Below, one piece after another: positions 17,367 to 26,860 of a stretch of DNA of 64,000 nucleotides. Location of the stretch: the IMG/VR virus record IMGVR_UViG_3300042519_004024, positions 1-64,000 of that record; one strand, 5' to 3'. The translations under genes and the position numbers were made by a program. Each line of letters starts with the position of its first letter. The first letter of the stretch is position 1. The notes below the pieces were generated by a model. It was not told the DNA's origin, did not search any database, and saw only the letters and a list, made by a program, of their open reading frames with translations.

Positions 17367-19274
17367 TTAATTATACATTGGTTTCCACCCACAATTAGGT
17401 TTACCATAACTTCCGACATTTAAATTATCGATTGGTAAATAACTTTTTATTGCTTCTTTAACTACCGTTATTTTTTTCCTAATGTAATGGTATTTCCCAT
17501 CATGTGTAAATTTATCATTTAATTCTTCTGTTCCAAAAACTAAATAAACAGAATACATATCATCTTCGTCGTCATACCACATATCAATATCACAAACACC
17601 CTCATCATTTTTGAATGGTTCGACAATATCTTTTAATAATTCTATATAGTTAGTTTTTTCTTTTTGTTCTCTTAGATAAATGTTTTCTTTTCCACAGTCT
17701 TTAACGTATTTTGAATATATTTCAAGTGAAATCCCTGTATAATCCCAAACCGTTTCCCATATATCGTCTAATACGTCGTCATACATTTTTTGAACCGCCT
17801 GTGTTTGTGGCCACATTTTTGTACCATAACCTCCAATAAATGTTACAGTAACTCCTGGGTAATTAATAACATTATCTAAAGATTTATCGTCAACATTTTT
17901 TAATTCAAATCCACATATAACGTGTTCATATTGTGGTAAAACTAAAGTATTTAAAACTGTGGTAATAAGTTCGTTTGTTGATTTCTCTTTGGATTCATTT
18001 ATATCTCTATCGAAATGTATATAGTATTTGAAGTCCATAGGAAATACTTCCAAGTCTTCCATGACTTGTTTCCCAACTCTTTTAATGACAGAGTTAATTC
18101 CTCCACCCAATCTAATCGAGTCTTCAACATTAAAGAATATATTAACAATAACATCATCGTGTGTGTCATCATAATACACAGTAAATTTTTTAACACTTGG
18201 GTATTCGTTTGTGTTTAAATAATCTTCTATTTTTTGAATCAATTTATTAAACTTTCTTTCTTGTTTAGATTCGTCAGATTCATTCATGAACTCAACCTCA
18301 TCCTCACAATTTTTTACATACCACGGGGTATAGATATATACCCTTATACCCATAGAACTTAGTGTATTTTCTAAAGATTCTAATTCTTGTTCTATGTCAT
18401 TATCACCAAAATAAGATGCTGTAGTTTTTGATCTTATTTCATATTCCTCATCTTCAGGATTGTATTCTACCCATATATCACAAAGTCCGTCCCAACTGAC
18501 TAAAGATAATAATGTGTTTATAACTTTTAGATTCTTTTCTATTTCTGTATCTTTGTTTTCTTTAATTGTTTCCTTACATCTTGTACTATCATATGAAACA
18601 AACGCCATTTCTATTATTGGTAAATATGTTTCTAGTGTATTTTTCATTTCTGTTCGTTTCTCACTGAATACATCATATCCAGGATATCTTCCTTTTTTGT
18701 AATATAAAACAATTTGTAAAGCATCTTCACCTGCATTTAAAAAAAACTCCGTTCTATATCCGCACAAGTCATCTTCATTTACTATACCATAAACAATACT
18801 GTCTATAACATCTTGGTACTGTTTAAACTCCTCTTCTTTTGGGTGCGGTTTTATTCCTTCTACAATATATTCATCACCTTTTCCTGAACCTTCATAAATC
18901 AATTTTATTGCGTCTCTTGGTATGTTTTCAAACGTTACAATGTGTTTTGACCTCGATTCAAAATGTCTATCTTTATACCACTTAACATTTGGTATTTTTG
19001 TTGTATCAATTTCCCATACATCATCGTCATATGTTGAATCGAACCAAGCTCTTTTGTTTGATGAGTTGGTTGCAAATATCGCGGGTTTACATTTTGTTCC
19101 ATATCCAACATATATTCTATAACATTCTCCATCTTTAACCTTTAATCCTTGTTCTTCAATTTTATTTCTAAACATAGGATTTGATTGATGAAATACTTTT
19201 TCATTTGGAATTATTTCTTTTCCTGCCGGTGAATAAGTTTCTTCTCTTAATATATGTCTAATTAGTTCTTTCAT
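17367..19274 (-). CDS. leader-bearing multi-module protein: ADP-ribosyltransferase-like module plus five ~100-aa modules
   Basis: VFHQS..I.EQGL..AIFAT..VWEIDT..ENIPRDAIK; linkers IVE, IKE, MNE, INE, LRE. Confidence 0.7.
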   Translation of the reverse strand: MKELIRHILREETYSPAGKEIIPNEKVFHQSNPMFRNKIEEQGLKVKDGECYRIYVGYGTKCKPAIFATNSSNKRAWFDSTYDDDVWEIDTTKIPNVKWYKDRHFESRSKHIVTFENIPRDAIKLIYEGSGKGDEYIVEGIKPHPKEEEFKQYQDVIDSIVYGIVNEDDLCGYRTEFFLNAGEDALQIVLYYKKGRYPGYDVFSEKRTEMKNTLETYLPIIEMAFVSYDSTRCKETIKENKDTEIEKNLKVINTLLSLVSWDGLCDIWVEYNPEDEEYEIRSKTTASYFGDNDIEQELESLENTLSSMGIRVYIYTPWYVKNCEDEVEFMNESDESKQERKFNKLIQKIEDYLNTNEYPSVKKFTVYYDDTHDDVIVNIFFNVEDSIRLGGGINSVIKRVGKQVMEDLEVFPMDFKYYIHFDRDINESKEKSTNELITTVLNTLVLPQYEHVICGFELKNVDDKSLDNVINYPGVTVTFIGGYGTKMWPQTQAVQKMYDDVLDDIWETVWDYTGISLEIYSKYVKDCGKENIYLREQKEKTNYIELLKDIVEPFKNDEGVCDIDMWYDDEDDMYSVYLVFGTEELNDKFTHDGKYHYIRKKITVVKEAIKSYLPIDNLNVGSYGKPNCGWKPMYN

Positions 19275-19286
19275 TTAATAAAAAGA

Positions 19287-20657
19287 TTATACTGTTGTAG
19301 TGGTTGGTTTAGCACAGAATGGTATTTCAAATGGTCCTTTTGGATCACCAATAACATCATAAATTGTTTCACCTTTTGAATTTTTAACTAAGACTCTTAC
19401 GGATTCTTCATGCGCTTTAGGATGACTAGGAGTGCTTTCTAAAATCAAAAATTTATCATTATTTGCAACTGCCTTATCATATATCGCTTTAGCCTTCTCA
19501 TCATCAATTGTAAAGACATTATATCTATAATTCCCTGCAGGAAAACAAGCGGTATTTCTGTCTTTACTTGTTTTAAGTGTTTGGGCGTTTTTAGTAGTTT
19601 CACAACATTCGTGTGTCCTATTCCATTTAAGACTTGTTAACTGTTCTTTATCAGGTAAAACTTGTATATCCATAGTACCAATTTTTCCAGGGGCATTTTT
19701 ATCTTGAACTGAGTTACCTTTGGCATCTTTTACAGTTAAATAAAAATCATTACCCGTATTGTCGTTTTCTTGCCCCGCACTAGCATTGTTAACACTTGCG
19801 TACAATTTACCATCATCTCTGACTATTGGCTCACCATTTAATGTTAATTTAAATCTACCTCTATTACAACAGTGAGCGGCTTTTGGTGTTGCTTCAACAA
19901 CTTCGTCATAGTTAAACTCAACCGTTAATCCTTTAATACAAGCCAAATCAGGATTTCTTTCTCCTTTATACTCACATATTGTCCCGTTGAATAGGACTAT
20001 TTGTCCTGGATTAGGATAACTTGCGGTATCTCTATTTTCGTCTATCCTTCCACCCGTATCAACTATATGAGACTCTATTACTGGCGTATCTATAAACACA
20101 ATTCTGTTTTTTGTTAAAAGGGGTTTCATTGATTTCCATAAGTTATTTGCTCTGTCTGCAGCATATTTAAGATCATCATCAAAAAATACTTGGTATTCTG
20201 GATAATTTAAATCATTTATTCCCGCACCTGATAACACGGTATTATAGGAAGTTTTATCGTATGTTTTTACCACATAATTATTATCCATAGTAGGTAAAAC
20301 TGCTCTACCACCAGTAGATGAATATTGTACATATTTATTATTTCTATCACTTCTCACCCTATTTGATGCACACCCAATTAATGTTACTTTACTAATACCT
20401 AAAAATGTTCCTAATTGCCATTTACTATATAAATCAGGTAAATTTGTATTAACATATTCTAAAATACCATTTATAAATTCTTGAGCTCTTTCATTAGTGG
20501 CTGCCTGAGCGGCACTAAACTCTTTTGAGTAATCTTTAAGATTTAAACACGTTCCCTCAACTGTTGATGTTGCGTCTTTTTCCTCACTAAGAATAATTCT
20601 CTTAATGTTCATTAAATCTTGGATTCTAAATATTTCTTCTTTTAATAAATTTTTCAT
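19287..20657 (-). CDS. leader-bearing large protein, possible OmpA-C-like region
   Basis: MKNLLKEEIFRIQDLM..ILSEE; KVTLIGCASN and AADRANNL. Confidence 0.7.
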   Translation of the reverse strand: MKNLLKEEIFRIQDLMNIKRIILSEEKDATSTVEGTCLNLKDYSKEFSAAQAATNERAQEFINGILEYVNTNLPDLYSKWQLGTFLGISKVTLIGCASNRVRSDRNNKYVQYSSTGGRAVLPTMDNNYVVKTYDKTSYNTVLSGAGINDLNYPEYQVFFDDDLKYAADRANNLWKSMKPLLTKNRIVFIDTPVIESHIVDTGGRIDENRDTASYPNPGQIVLFNGTICEYKGERNPDLACIKGLTVEFNYDEVVEATPKAAHCCNRGRFKLTLNGEPIVRDDGKLYASVNNASAGQENDNTGNDFYLTVKDAKGNSVQDKNAPGKIGTMDIQVLPDKEQLTSLKWNRTHECCETTKNAQTLKTSKDRNTACFPAGNYRYNVFTIDDEKAKAIYDKAVANNDKFLILESTPSHPKAHEESVRVLVKNSKGETIYDVIGDPKGPFEIPFCAKPTTTTV

Positions 20658-21139
20658 CTAACAAACATATAATAATTTATATTTATGTCTTTTTCATGAA
20701 CATTTATTTTACCAAAGATATCTTGTCTTTCTTCTTTCATTTTATATTCATTAGGAATCAATTCATACATTTCTTCAAAAAGTGTTTTAATTTTTTTACT
20801 TTCAATATATGGGTCATCATCTAATAAACTAAAATCTAATAAACTAAATGGATAAGCAAAACTTTCTTTTCGCTCAATTTGTTCATCTATTACGTCAGGA
20901 TATTTTAAATAATAATCTTTAAATGGTAAGTCGTAATATTCTTTAACTTTATCAACATTAACCTTTAAATCAATGTATAAATAATACTTACTTTCATCAT
21001 AATCTCCATTTTTTTCCCAACCGACAATAAAAGGAAATGTTTTATTTACTACCTTAACTACAATATCAATACCTTTATCGATCATATTATAATCGTTTTC
21101 AACTTCTTCTTTTAATATTCTTCTAATTAGTTGTTTCAT
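20654..21139 (-). CDS. leader-bearing protein
   Basis: MKQLIRRILKEE. Confidence 0.8.
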   Translation of the reverse strand: MKQLIRRILKEEVENDYNMIDKGIDIVVKVVNKTFPFIVGWEKNGDYDESKYYLYIDLKVNVDKVKEYYDLPFKDYYLKYPDVIDEQIERKESFAYPFSLLDFSLLDDDPYIESKKIKTLFEEMYELIPNEYKMKEERQDIFGKINVHEKDININYYMFVR

Positions 21140-21678
21140 TTTGATTCTAATTTATCTATAATTCTTTGTACATTATCTTTTTCCATTCTTCCGTAAAAGG
21201 CGGATGAGTCTTCTATACTTACACCATTGATTTCCGCTAAGGTAAGAAAGTTATCGGATCTTTTTTTTTCTAATTCAGGACAATCAAAATGAGCAATCTC
21301 AAAAGAACCTTCCTGTTCAAAACTATCTATTATATATGCATTGAAGAAGTCTATTTCCTCTTCTGTTAGTTTAGACTCGTCGTATTTAACATTTATATCT
21401 GCCCAACTATTGGTTCTCCATTTATTCCAATGTTCGTCTACAATATCAAAATCTAAAGTTATACAAGGGCAGTGTGCAAGATCATAATTAATATTAACCT
21501 TACCATTTGCCCCCCCAATTCTTTTTAAAATATTTGGGTTATCCCTGAATATACTTTTTAAGTTATCAACCCCACCAACATATCTTACTACAGAAAAAAT
21601 ACCTTCTCTGTTAATCATATCTAATAAATCATTAGACATGTTAGTTTCTTTTAATATTTTTCTAATCAGTTGTTTCAT
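21136..21678 (-). CDS. leader-bearing protein with 'VGG' module
   Basis: MKQLIRKILKET..EGIFSVVRYVGGVDNL. Confidence 0.8.
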   Translation of the reverse strand: MKQLIRKILKETNMSNDLLDMINREGIFSVVRYVGGVDNLKSIFRDNPNILKRIGGANGKVNINYDLAHCPCITLDFDIVDEHWNKWRTNSWADINVKYDESKLTEEEIDFFNAYIIDSFEQEGSFEIAHFDCPELEKKRSDNFLTLAEINGVSIEDSSAFYGRMEKDNVQRIIDKLESK

Positions 21679-21680
21679 AA

Positions 21681-22070
21681 TTAAAAATTAACCCAAGCCT
21701 GTGCCTTGAATTCTAAGTCTATTGGACAACCATATAACAAAGTGTCAAAGTCAAAATAATTTTTGAAAATATTTAAAACATCTAACTTTATTGGACTTTT
21801 TGGTCTTATTTCTTCTTTCTTTAAATCTTTAAATTTTAATGTCACAACTAATACCTCCACTCTAGGGTTTTCCATACCTAACCTTATAGATCCTAAAAGA
21901 ACATTTTTTTTTCTGTATTCAACATCAACAAGGTTTGGGTGTTCTGATTTAATGTAATCAATAATTGTATCTTTACTTCTTTCAAACCTTTCAAGTTCAT
22001 TGTAGTAATTATCAATAAACTCTTGTCCTTGAAGTTCCTCTTTTAATATATTTTTAATTAGTTTTTTCAT
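21681..22070 (-). CDS. leader-bearing protein
   Basis: start moved to MKKLIKNILKEE; two TATTTAT at 22107-22120. Confidence 0.8.
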   Translation of the reverse strand: MKKLIKNILKEELQGQEFIDNYYNELERFERSKDTIIDYIKSEHPNLVDVEYRKKNVLLGSIRLGMENPRVEVLVVTLKFKDLKKEEIRPKSPIKLDVLNIFKNYFDFDTLLYGCPIDLEFKAQAWVNF

Positions 22071-22156
22071 TATCTCATATTTATAGGTTTCCTTAAACCG
22101 TCTTTTATAAATAATAAATATTACTTTAAATGTATTTATGTTAAAAATAAAGTAAA

Positions 22157-22279
22157 ATGGCAAAGGCAAAAAAAGAAGGTAAAAAAGGTAAGTCAAGAAA
22201 AAGTATTTTAAAAACTATTAGACTAATCGAGAACAATAACAAGTTAATTAAAAAGTACTATGAAGAATTAGAAAAATAG
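22157..22279 (+). CDS. small basic protein (40 aa), not in ORF track
   Basis: MAKAKKEGKKGKSRKSILKTIRLIENNNKLIKKYYEELEK; TATTTAT at 22133-22139. Confidence 0.6.
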   Translation: MAKAKKEGKKGKSRKSILKTIRLIENNNKLIKKYYEELEK

Positions 22280-22303
22280 ACTGTTTTTTTGTATCTTTAC
22301 GAT

Positions 22304-22594
22304 ATGAAAGAACTACTAAAATATCTTATTATTCGTTGCACAACTCGTCACGCAAAAACGGCAATTGAGGTTTATAACACCTTATACCCAAAACAAAAAG
22401 AAATTGTTTACATTGAGAAGCCTATTATCACGCAGGTTGAAAACAATCTATCCGTAACCTCAGTACCAAAAACAAAGTCAAAAAGAGATGAGATTATGGA
22501 ATCACTATCTTATCTTAGAAGTAAAAAAGTAAAAACCAAACAAGATAAGGAATCAATCTACTCTTTAGAAATGGTTTTAAATAATATGAAATAA
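22304..22594 (+). CDS. hypothetical protein
   Basis: start moved to MKELLKY; followed by a bidirectional terminator. Confidence 0.7.
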   Translation: MKELLKYLIIRCTTRHAKTAIEVYNTLYPKQKEIVYIEKPIITQVENNLSVTSVPKTKSKRDEIMESLSYLRSKKVKTKQDKESIYSLEMVLNNMK

Positions 22595-22624
22595 AAAAGG
22601 GAGTTTTTTAACTCCCTTTCTTTT
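22593..22624. terminator. bidirectional terminator
   Basis: AAAGGGAG/CTCCCTTT stem between convergent genes. Confidence 0.75.
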
Positions 22625-23376
22625 TAAATCATCTCTTCAGCAAGTTCCCAAAGTTTTGTGTTTACTTGGTTTACCGCCATTATGTTTTGTAGTCCTCTGA
22701 GTTTAGTTCTTCGTCCGTTTGGTGATGAATACTCCATCCCTCCTCTGACAAACTTCTCCTGTACTACATTGAATACTTTCCACATATCGTCACCTTCATC
22801 CTCAAAACGGTTTGGTGTCAATAGTCCGACGATTTCTAAGTCGTTCAAGACTTTTTCTTTACTGAAACGAATCTCAGCCGACTTACGAACAAAATCAATC
22901 TTCTCGTCCGTTGTCATCTCACGTTCCATCATTCGGTTAACAGATCCTTCAATCTTTGGTAGTTTACCTGCGAATGACTCTGTAAGTCGTTTTACGTCAT
23001 CCAAATCAAATCGTTGGTGTCTTACATTAAATGACTCAGCAAGTGCCGTAGGAACTGTAAGTCCGTTTGAACATACAAGTCGGTGAAGTCCCGCACTTAC
23101 TCCAAGTGTAGTCATACCGTTGTGTGAGTTACGGATGATTGCTTCAACCAATGTGTCACCCACTTTTGGTAGTTCCCCATTACGTAAACGTATCTCGTGT
23201 ACTCCGTGTAATCCACGTCCTGTTTGTTTTGCGGATGCTATTTCCCATCCTTCTCTTTCAAAATTTTCAAGAATGTCCATAGTTGGAACAAATACATACT
23301 TGTCAGACATCTTTGGAGATGCTGAAGTTGCGAATACTGAAGGTGTTGCCGATTTAAGTTGTTCAAGTGTCATCAT
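22624..23376 (-). CDS. DUF932-family protein
   Basis: SDKYVFVPT, IIRNSHNG, GLHRLVCSNGL. Confidence 0.85.
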   Translation of the reverse strand: MMTLEQLKSATPSVFATSASPKMSDKYVFVPTMDILENFEREGWEIASAKQTGRGLHGVHEIRLRNGELPKVGDTLVEAIIRNSHNGMTTLGVSAGLHRLVCSNGLTVPTALAESFNVRHQRFDLDDVKRLTESFAGKLPKIEGSVNRMMEREMTTDEKIDFVRKSAEIRFSKEKVLNDLEIVGLLTPNRFEDEGDDMWKVFNVVQEKFVRGGMEYSSPNGRRTKLRGLQNIMAVNQVNTKLWELAEEMI

Positions 23377-23400
23377 GTGTATATCGTTTTAATTGTTTTA

Positions 23401-23432
23401 CAAAGATATGTAAATTATTATAAACTTCCAAA
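23401..23432 (-). promoter_or_regulatory. Bacteroidota-type promoter TTTG-N20-TATCTTTG
   Basis: consensus match upstream of the DUF932 gene. Confidence 0.75.
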
Positions 23433-23455
23433 TTTTTTTTAATATATTTATCATT

Positions 23456-23950
23456 ATGGACAAAAAAATTAAAAAACTAATAGATCAAAACGTTTTCAAT
23501 AGTGACTTATTAGATTATGACATTGAAATAGAAGACGAATATTTTGATGAAGAACTCGTAACACTTAAATTAACAATATATGTAGATTCATATAAGTTAT
23601 ATAAAAGTTCAGGATATTTTAATGAAGAGTATTATAATCTTATTACTGATTTAGCGGAGGGTAATTTTGATGAAGAACTTTTTGATTTTTTACCTATGGT
23701 TGGTTATAGTTTTTCATCTCTTGAGTTATTTTATGATAAATCTAACTTAGGGGGTTATAAACAAATATTTTACGCTCTTGATGAATTGTCATATCGATAT
23801 GAGATGATTGATCGTTATCATTCAAGTCCATGGTTATACATTAAATACAATATCAGTGATAGTAAATTTACTACCGATTTGTATAAAATGATTAATGATG
23901 AATTTGATATTGACGTAGACGACATTGTCCTTATACCATCTCAGTTCTAA
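23456..23950 (+). CDS. hypothetical acidic protein
   Basis: 164 aa; TATTTAT 4 nt upstream. Confidence 0.75.
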   Translation: MDKKIKKLIDQNVFNSDLLDYDIEIEDEYFDEELVTLKLTIYVDSYKLYKSSGYFNEEYYNLITDLAEGNFDEELFDFLPMVGYSFSSLELFYDKSNLGGYKQIFYALDELSYRYEMIDRYHSSPWLYIKYNISDSKFTTDLYKMINDEFDIDVDDIVLIPSQF

Positions 23951-23976
23951 TTATTGTTTGATGTTATTTAAAAAAC

Positions 23977-24003
23977 AAAAACCACCTCAAGGGTGGTTTT
24001 TTA
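23977..24003. terminator. bidirectional terminator
   Basis: AAAACCACC/GGTGGTTTT. Confidence 0.75.
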
Positions 24004-24005
24004 TT

Positions 24006-24830
24006 TTAAGCCGTTTGTGCTCCTGATGGTGGTGGTGTTGGTGCTCCTGATAAAGGTGCTGGTTGTGTTGGCGCCGCTGCGGGTGCAGGTGTTGTGGCAC
24101 ATGAAGTTAATCCAGCGGCTTTCATTTGATCTGCAGGTATTACTTCACAACAAGGTTTACCATTAAGAGTGTCTTGGTATTGTTTTAATTGTTCAGGTTT
24201 CATTGTTGCCTTGAACTTAGTTAAATTTTTAAACCAAGTGTTACATTGTTGTTCTTGTTCTTTAGTTGCTCTTTTTTGTTGTCTTGCGTCTTGTCTATCG
24301 TCTCTTTTTTGTTGTCTATCCGCCTTGTTATCGGCTCTTTGTTGTTGTCTTGCGGCTTGGTTAGCATCTTGTCTTTGTTGTCTTAAATCTTGTCTTGATG
24401 CTAATTGTGGTGTTGTTGAACCTGATGCTAGTCCTTGTAATTGTGTTGCTCCTGATGATGTTGTACTCAAACTACTTGCAACTTCAGTAGCGGATTTAGG
24501 TTTTAATTCTAAATTTGGTTGTGTTACTTGTGTAGATTTATCAGGTTGAGCAACATTCAATATTTTATCTTGAATTGCTTTTACACCATCAGGTTTAGTT
24601 TGTTCAATCCATTTAGGTTGTCCGCCATTAGATGTGTCGCCTTTTTTAGCATAAAAAACTTTACCACCTTCACCTTTATATTGGTAAGGATCACCTGCGG
24701 CTCCTTGAACTACTTGTCCGTTTAATGCTTCTTCATGTATGAAATTTTTTTGTATTTCAAACATTGTTTTATGCATATTTAATATCCTACTTTTTTCTGA
24801 TTCCGTAATTAAAAGATTTCTTCTATTCAT
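24006..24830 (-). CDS. leader-bearing protein with Q/R/D-rich repeats and P/A-rich tail
   Basis: LLITESEKSRILNMH; RQQRQD-type repeats; TATTTAT at 24844-24850. Confidence 0.8.
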   Translation of the reverse strand: MNRRNLLITESEKSRILNMHKTMFEIQKNFIHEEALNGQVVQGAAGDPYQYKGEGGKVFYAKKGDTSNGGQPKWIEQTKPDGVKAIQDKILNVAQPDKSTQVTQPNLELKPKSATEVASSLSTTSSGATQLQGLASGSTTPQLASRQDLRQQRQDANQAARQQQRADNKADRQQKRDDRQDARQQKRATKEQEQQCNTWFKNLTKFKATMKPEQLKQYQDTLNGKPCCEVIPADQMKAAGLTSCATTPAPAAAPTQPAPLSGAPTPPPSGAQTA

Positions 24831-24868
24831 AATATTTTTTATTATAAATATATATTAAAAAGAAAAAA

Positions 24869-25180
24869 TCAATCAACACTTAATTTAGATGATGATATTT
24901 TTTTCACTAAAAGGTTTGGGTAAGTTTTATTAAAGTATTTCTTAATTGCTATTTTTTTATGTTTAGCAATACTCCTTGAGAACGTATTATTAATTTCTTT
25001 TTCAATTGAGTTCTTATCAAAGAATAGTTCGTATCTTTTTTTATCGTAATACATGATACCTTTATTGTTGGCACCTATCATAACCATGTATTCTTCCTGA
25101 TCTGAGACTTCATCGACGGATTCTAAAATAAAATCCGTCATGTTGTCTATCACTTTTTCAATTTCTTTTAAATTAACCAT
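24869..25180 (-). CDS. hypothetical protein
   Basis: 103 aa; C-terminus resembles other cargo bodies. Confidence 0.7.
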   Translation of the reverse strand: MVNLKEIEKVIDNMTDFILESVDEVSDQEEYMVMIGANNKGIMYYDKKRYELFFDKNSIEKEINNTFSRSIAKHKKIAIKKYFNKTYPNLLVKKISSSKLSVD

Positions 25181-25284
25181 TCTTTTCTATATTTGCCTGT
25201 CCGTAAGCATCGCAATTTGTTTTTGTTGACTTACAAGAGACAAAAATAGTCAAAATAATTAATAAAACAATAATTTTTTTCATT

Positions 25285-25599
25285 TTAATTCAGTAATAGA
25301 TTAGTAACTAATTCTTTGATACTTTGTTCAGCAATCACACCAACTTTAGTTTCTTTAACTTCTTTACCATCAAATACTTTAATTGTAGGAATACTTCTTA
25401 CACCATATTTCATCGCAATTTCTTTATTTTCATCAATGTTTAATGTGTACATTTGAACGTCAGTTTCGTTGTTTTGTGCAACTCTTTCAAAAACAGGTTT
25501 TAACATTCTACATGGTCCACACCAAGGCGCCCACATTTCTACAATAACCTTTTCACCATTTTGGATTTTTTCTTCTAAATCTTTTGCATTAATTTCCAT
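25285..25599 (-). CDS. trxA: thioredoxin
   Basis: WAPWCGPC, LNIDEN, YGVRSIPT. Confidence 0.9.
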   Translation of the reverse strand: MEINAKDLEEKIQNGEKVIVEMWAPWCGPCRMLKPVFERVAQNNETDVQMYTLNIDENKEIAMKYGVRSIPTIKVFDGKEVKETKVGVIAEQSIKELVTNLLLN

Positions 25600-25856
25600 T
25601 ACTTTTGTTTTAACATGTTTTTTAAATAATCGTGGATTTTATATGTTTGTTGGTAGTATCCACCATTAAATGATTTATTTACTTCACGATCATAATAACC
25701 TTTCATATAGGAATTATTAACCATGTGTTCTTCGTCTTTTTCTTTACTTTTTATATACTTTTGAACCTCCTCTAAAACATTTTTAACTTCATCATTTGTA
25801 TGTGAATTTTTTTTATCTTCTAACCAAGTGTGTAAGTTTTGTCGGAATGTTTTCAT
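25599..25856 (-). CDS. hypothetical protein
   Basis: 85 aa; stop overlaps the thioredoxin start. Confidence 0.7.
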   Translation of the reverse strand: MKTFRQNLHTWLEDKKNSHTNDEVKNVLEEVQKYIKSKEKDEEHMVNNSYMKGYYDREVNKSFNGGYYQQTYKIHDYLKNMLKQK

Positions 25857-25910
25857 AGTGAATAAAATATAATTTATTAATTTATTAATGTCAAATAATT
25901 ATTATTTGGT

Positions 25911-26486
25911 TTACATGTACTTACTTCTATAATAATGAATCAATTTTTGTATTGGTTCGAACAGTAATTTAGGATATTCATTATTTAAAAAGTTAATTAG
26001 TTCTGAAATAGATTTAAATTTTTTTGGTGTGTGACTTGTTGTAATTCCTTGGTTGTCATAATCGTCATAACTATCTTTAGATTCCATGTCTTCAAAATAT
26101 GAACCGTCAACAGGTGTTCTGCAATTACCGTCCCAATAAGGTGTTGCAAAACCAACTAATTTAGAATCAATATCTTCATATTCAAAAATAAGATAACCAC
26201 CAAAACCGTCCCATTGTAGTTCTAAACTAACTGTGTCATCTTCAAAACTATACTTTTTATTTACTAAATCAGTGTGACTAAAAAGCATAGATACAAGTTG
26301 ATAAGCAAATCCACAATCAATATGTATTTCTTTATCTTTTAAAAGAAAAAGTATTTGTTCTAAATCTAACCCAGTATATTCTGAAATATCATAAAAATTC
26401 ATCCCATCATTCCACATTTTATAAATGAGTTTAGAATTCTTTTCAAAAAGATTATTATATTGTGATTCTGTTATTATTATTTTCAT
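25911..26486 (-). CDS. leader-bearing protein
   Basis: MKIIITESQYNNLFE. Confidence 0.8.
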   Translation of the reverse strand: MKIIITESQYNNLFEKNSKLIYKMWNDGMNFYDISEYTGLDLEQILFLLKDKEIHIDCGFAYQLVSMLFSHTDLVNKKYSFEDDTVSLELQWDGFGGYLIFEYEDIDSKLVGFATPYWDGNCRTPVDGSYFEDMESKDSYDDYDNQGITTSHTPKKFKSISELINFLNNEYPKLLFEPIQKLIHYYRSKYM

Positions 26487-26860
26487 GCATCAATTGTTTT
26501 GATATCGTAGTTAAAATTATCTTTAAACCATTTTTTAAATACAGGTTTCCATAATTCACCAAATTGATTTAATAACTCAATTTTATTGTAGTCTTCAATA
26601 AACAACACAGGACTTTCCATTAAAATATAATCATCCATTTTTTCATAACTTTGTTGGTATAAAATAAATTCCATTGTCCCGTGACTAAAGTCCCCACTAT
26701 AAAAATAAATATCGTCTGATATAACATACTCACGGTTATCAAAATCATATATTTCCTGTTCACCATAAGATATGTCACTAACATCGTACAAATCATTTAT
26801 ATAATCATAAATGTGTTGTTCCATTTCATTAAGTTGGTTCTCTGTAATTATTATTTTCAT
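26483..26860 (-). CDS. leader-bearing protein
   Basis: start moved to MKIIITENQLNE (TAATG overlap). Confidence 0.8.
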   Translation of the reverse strand: MKIIITENQLNEMEQHIYDYINDLYDVSDISYGEQEIYDFDNREYVISDDIYFYSGDFSHGTMEFILYQQSYEKMDDYILMESPVLFIEDYNKIELLNQFGELWKPVFKKWFKDNFNYDIKTIDA

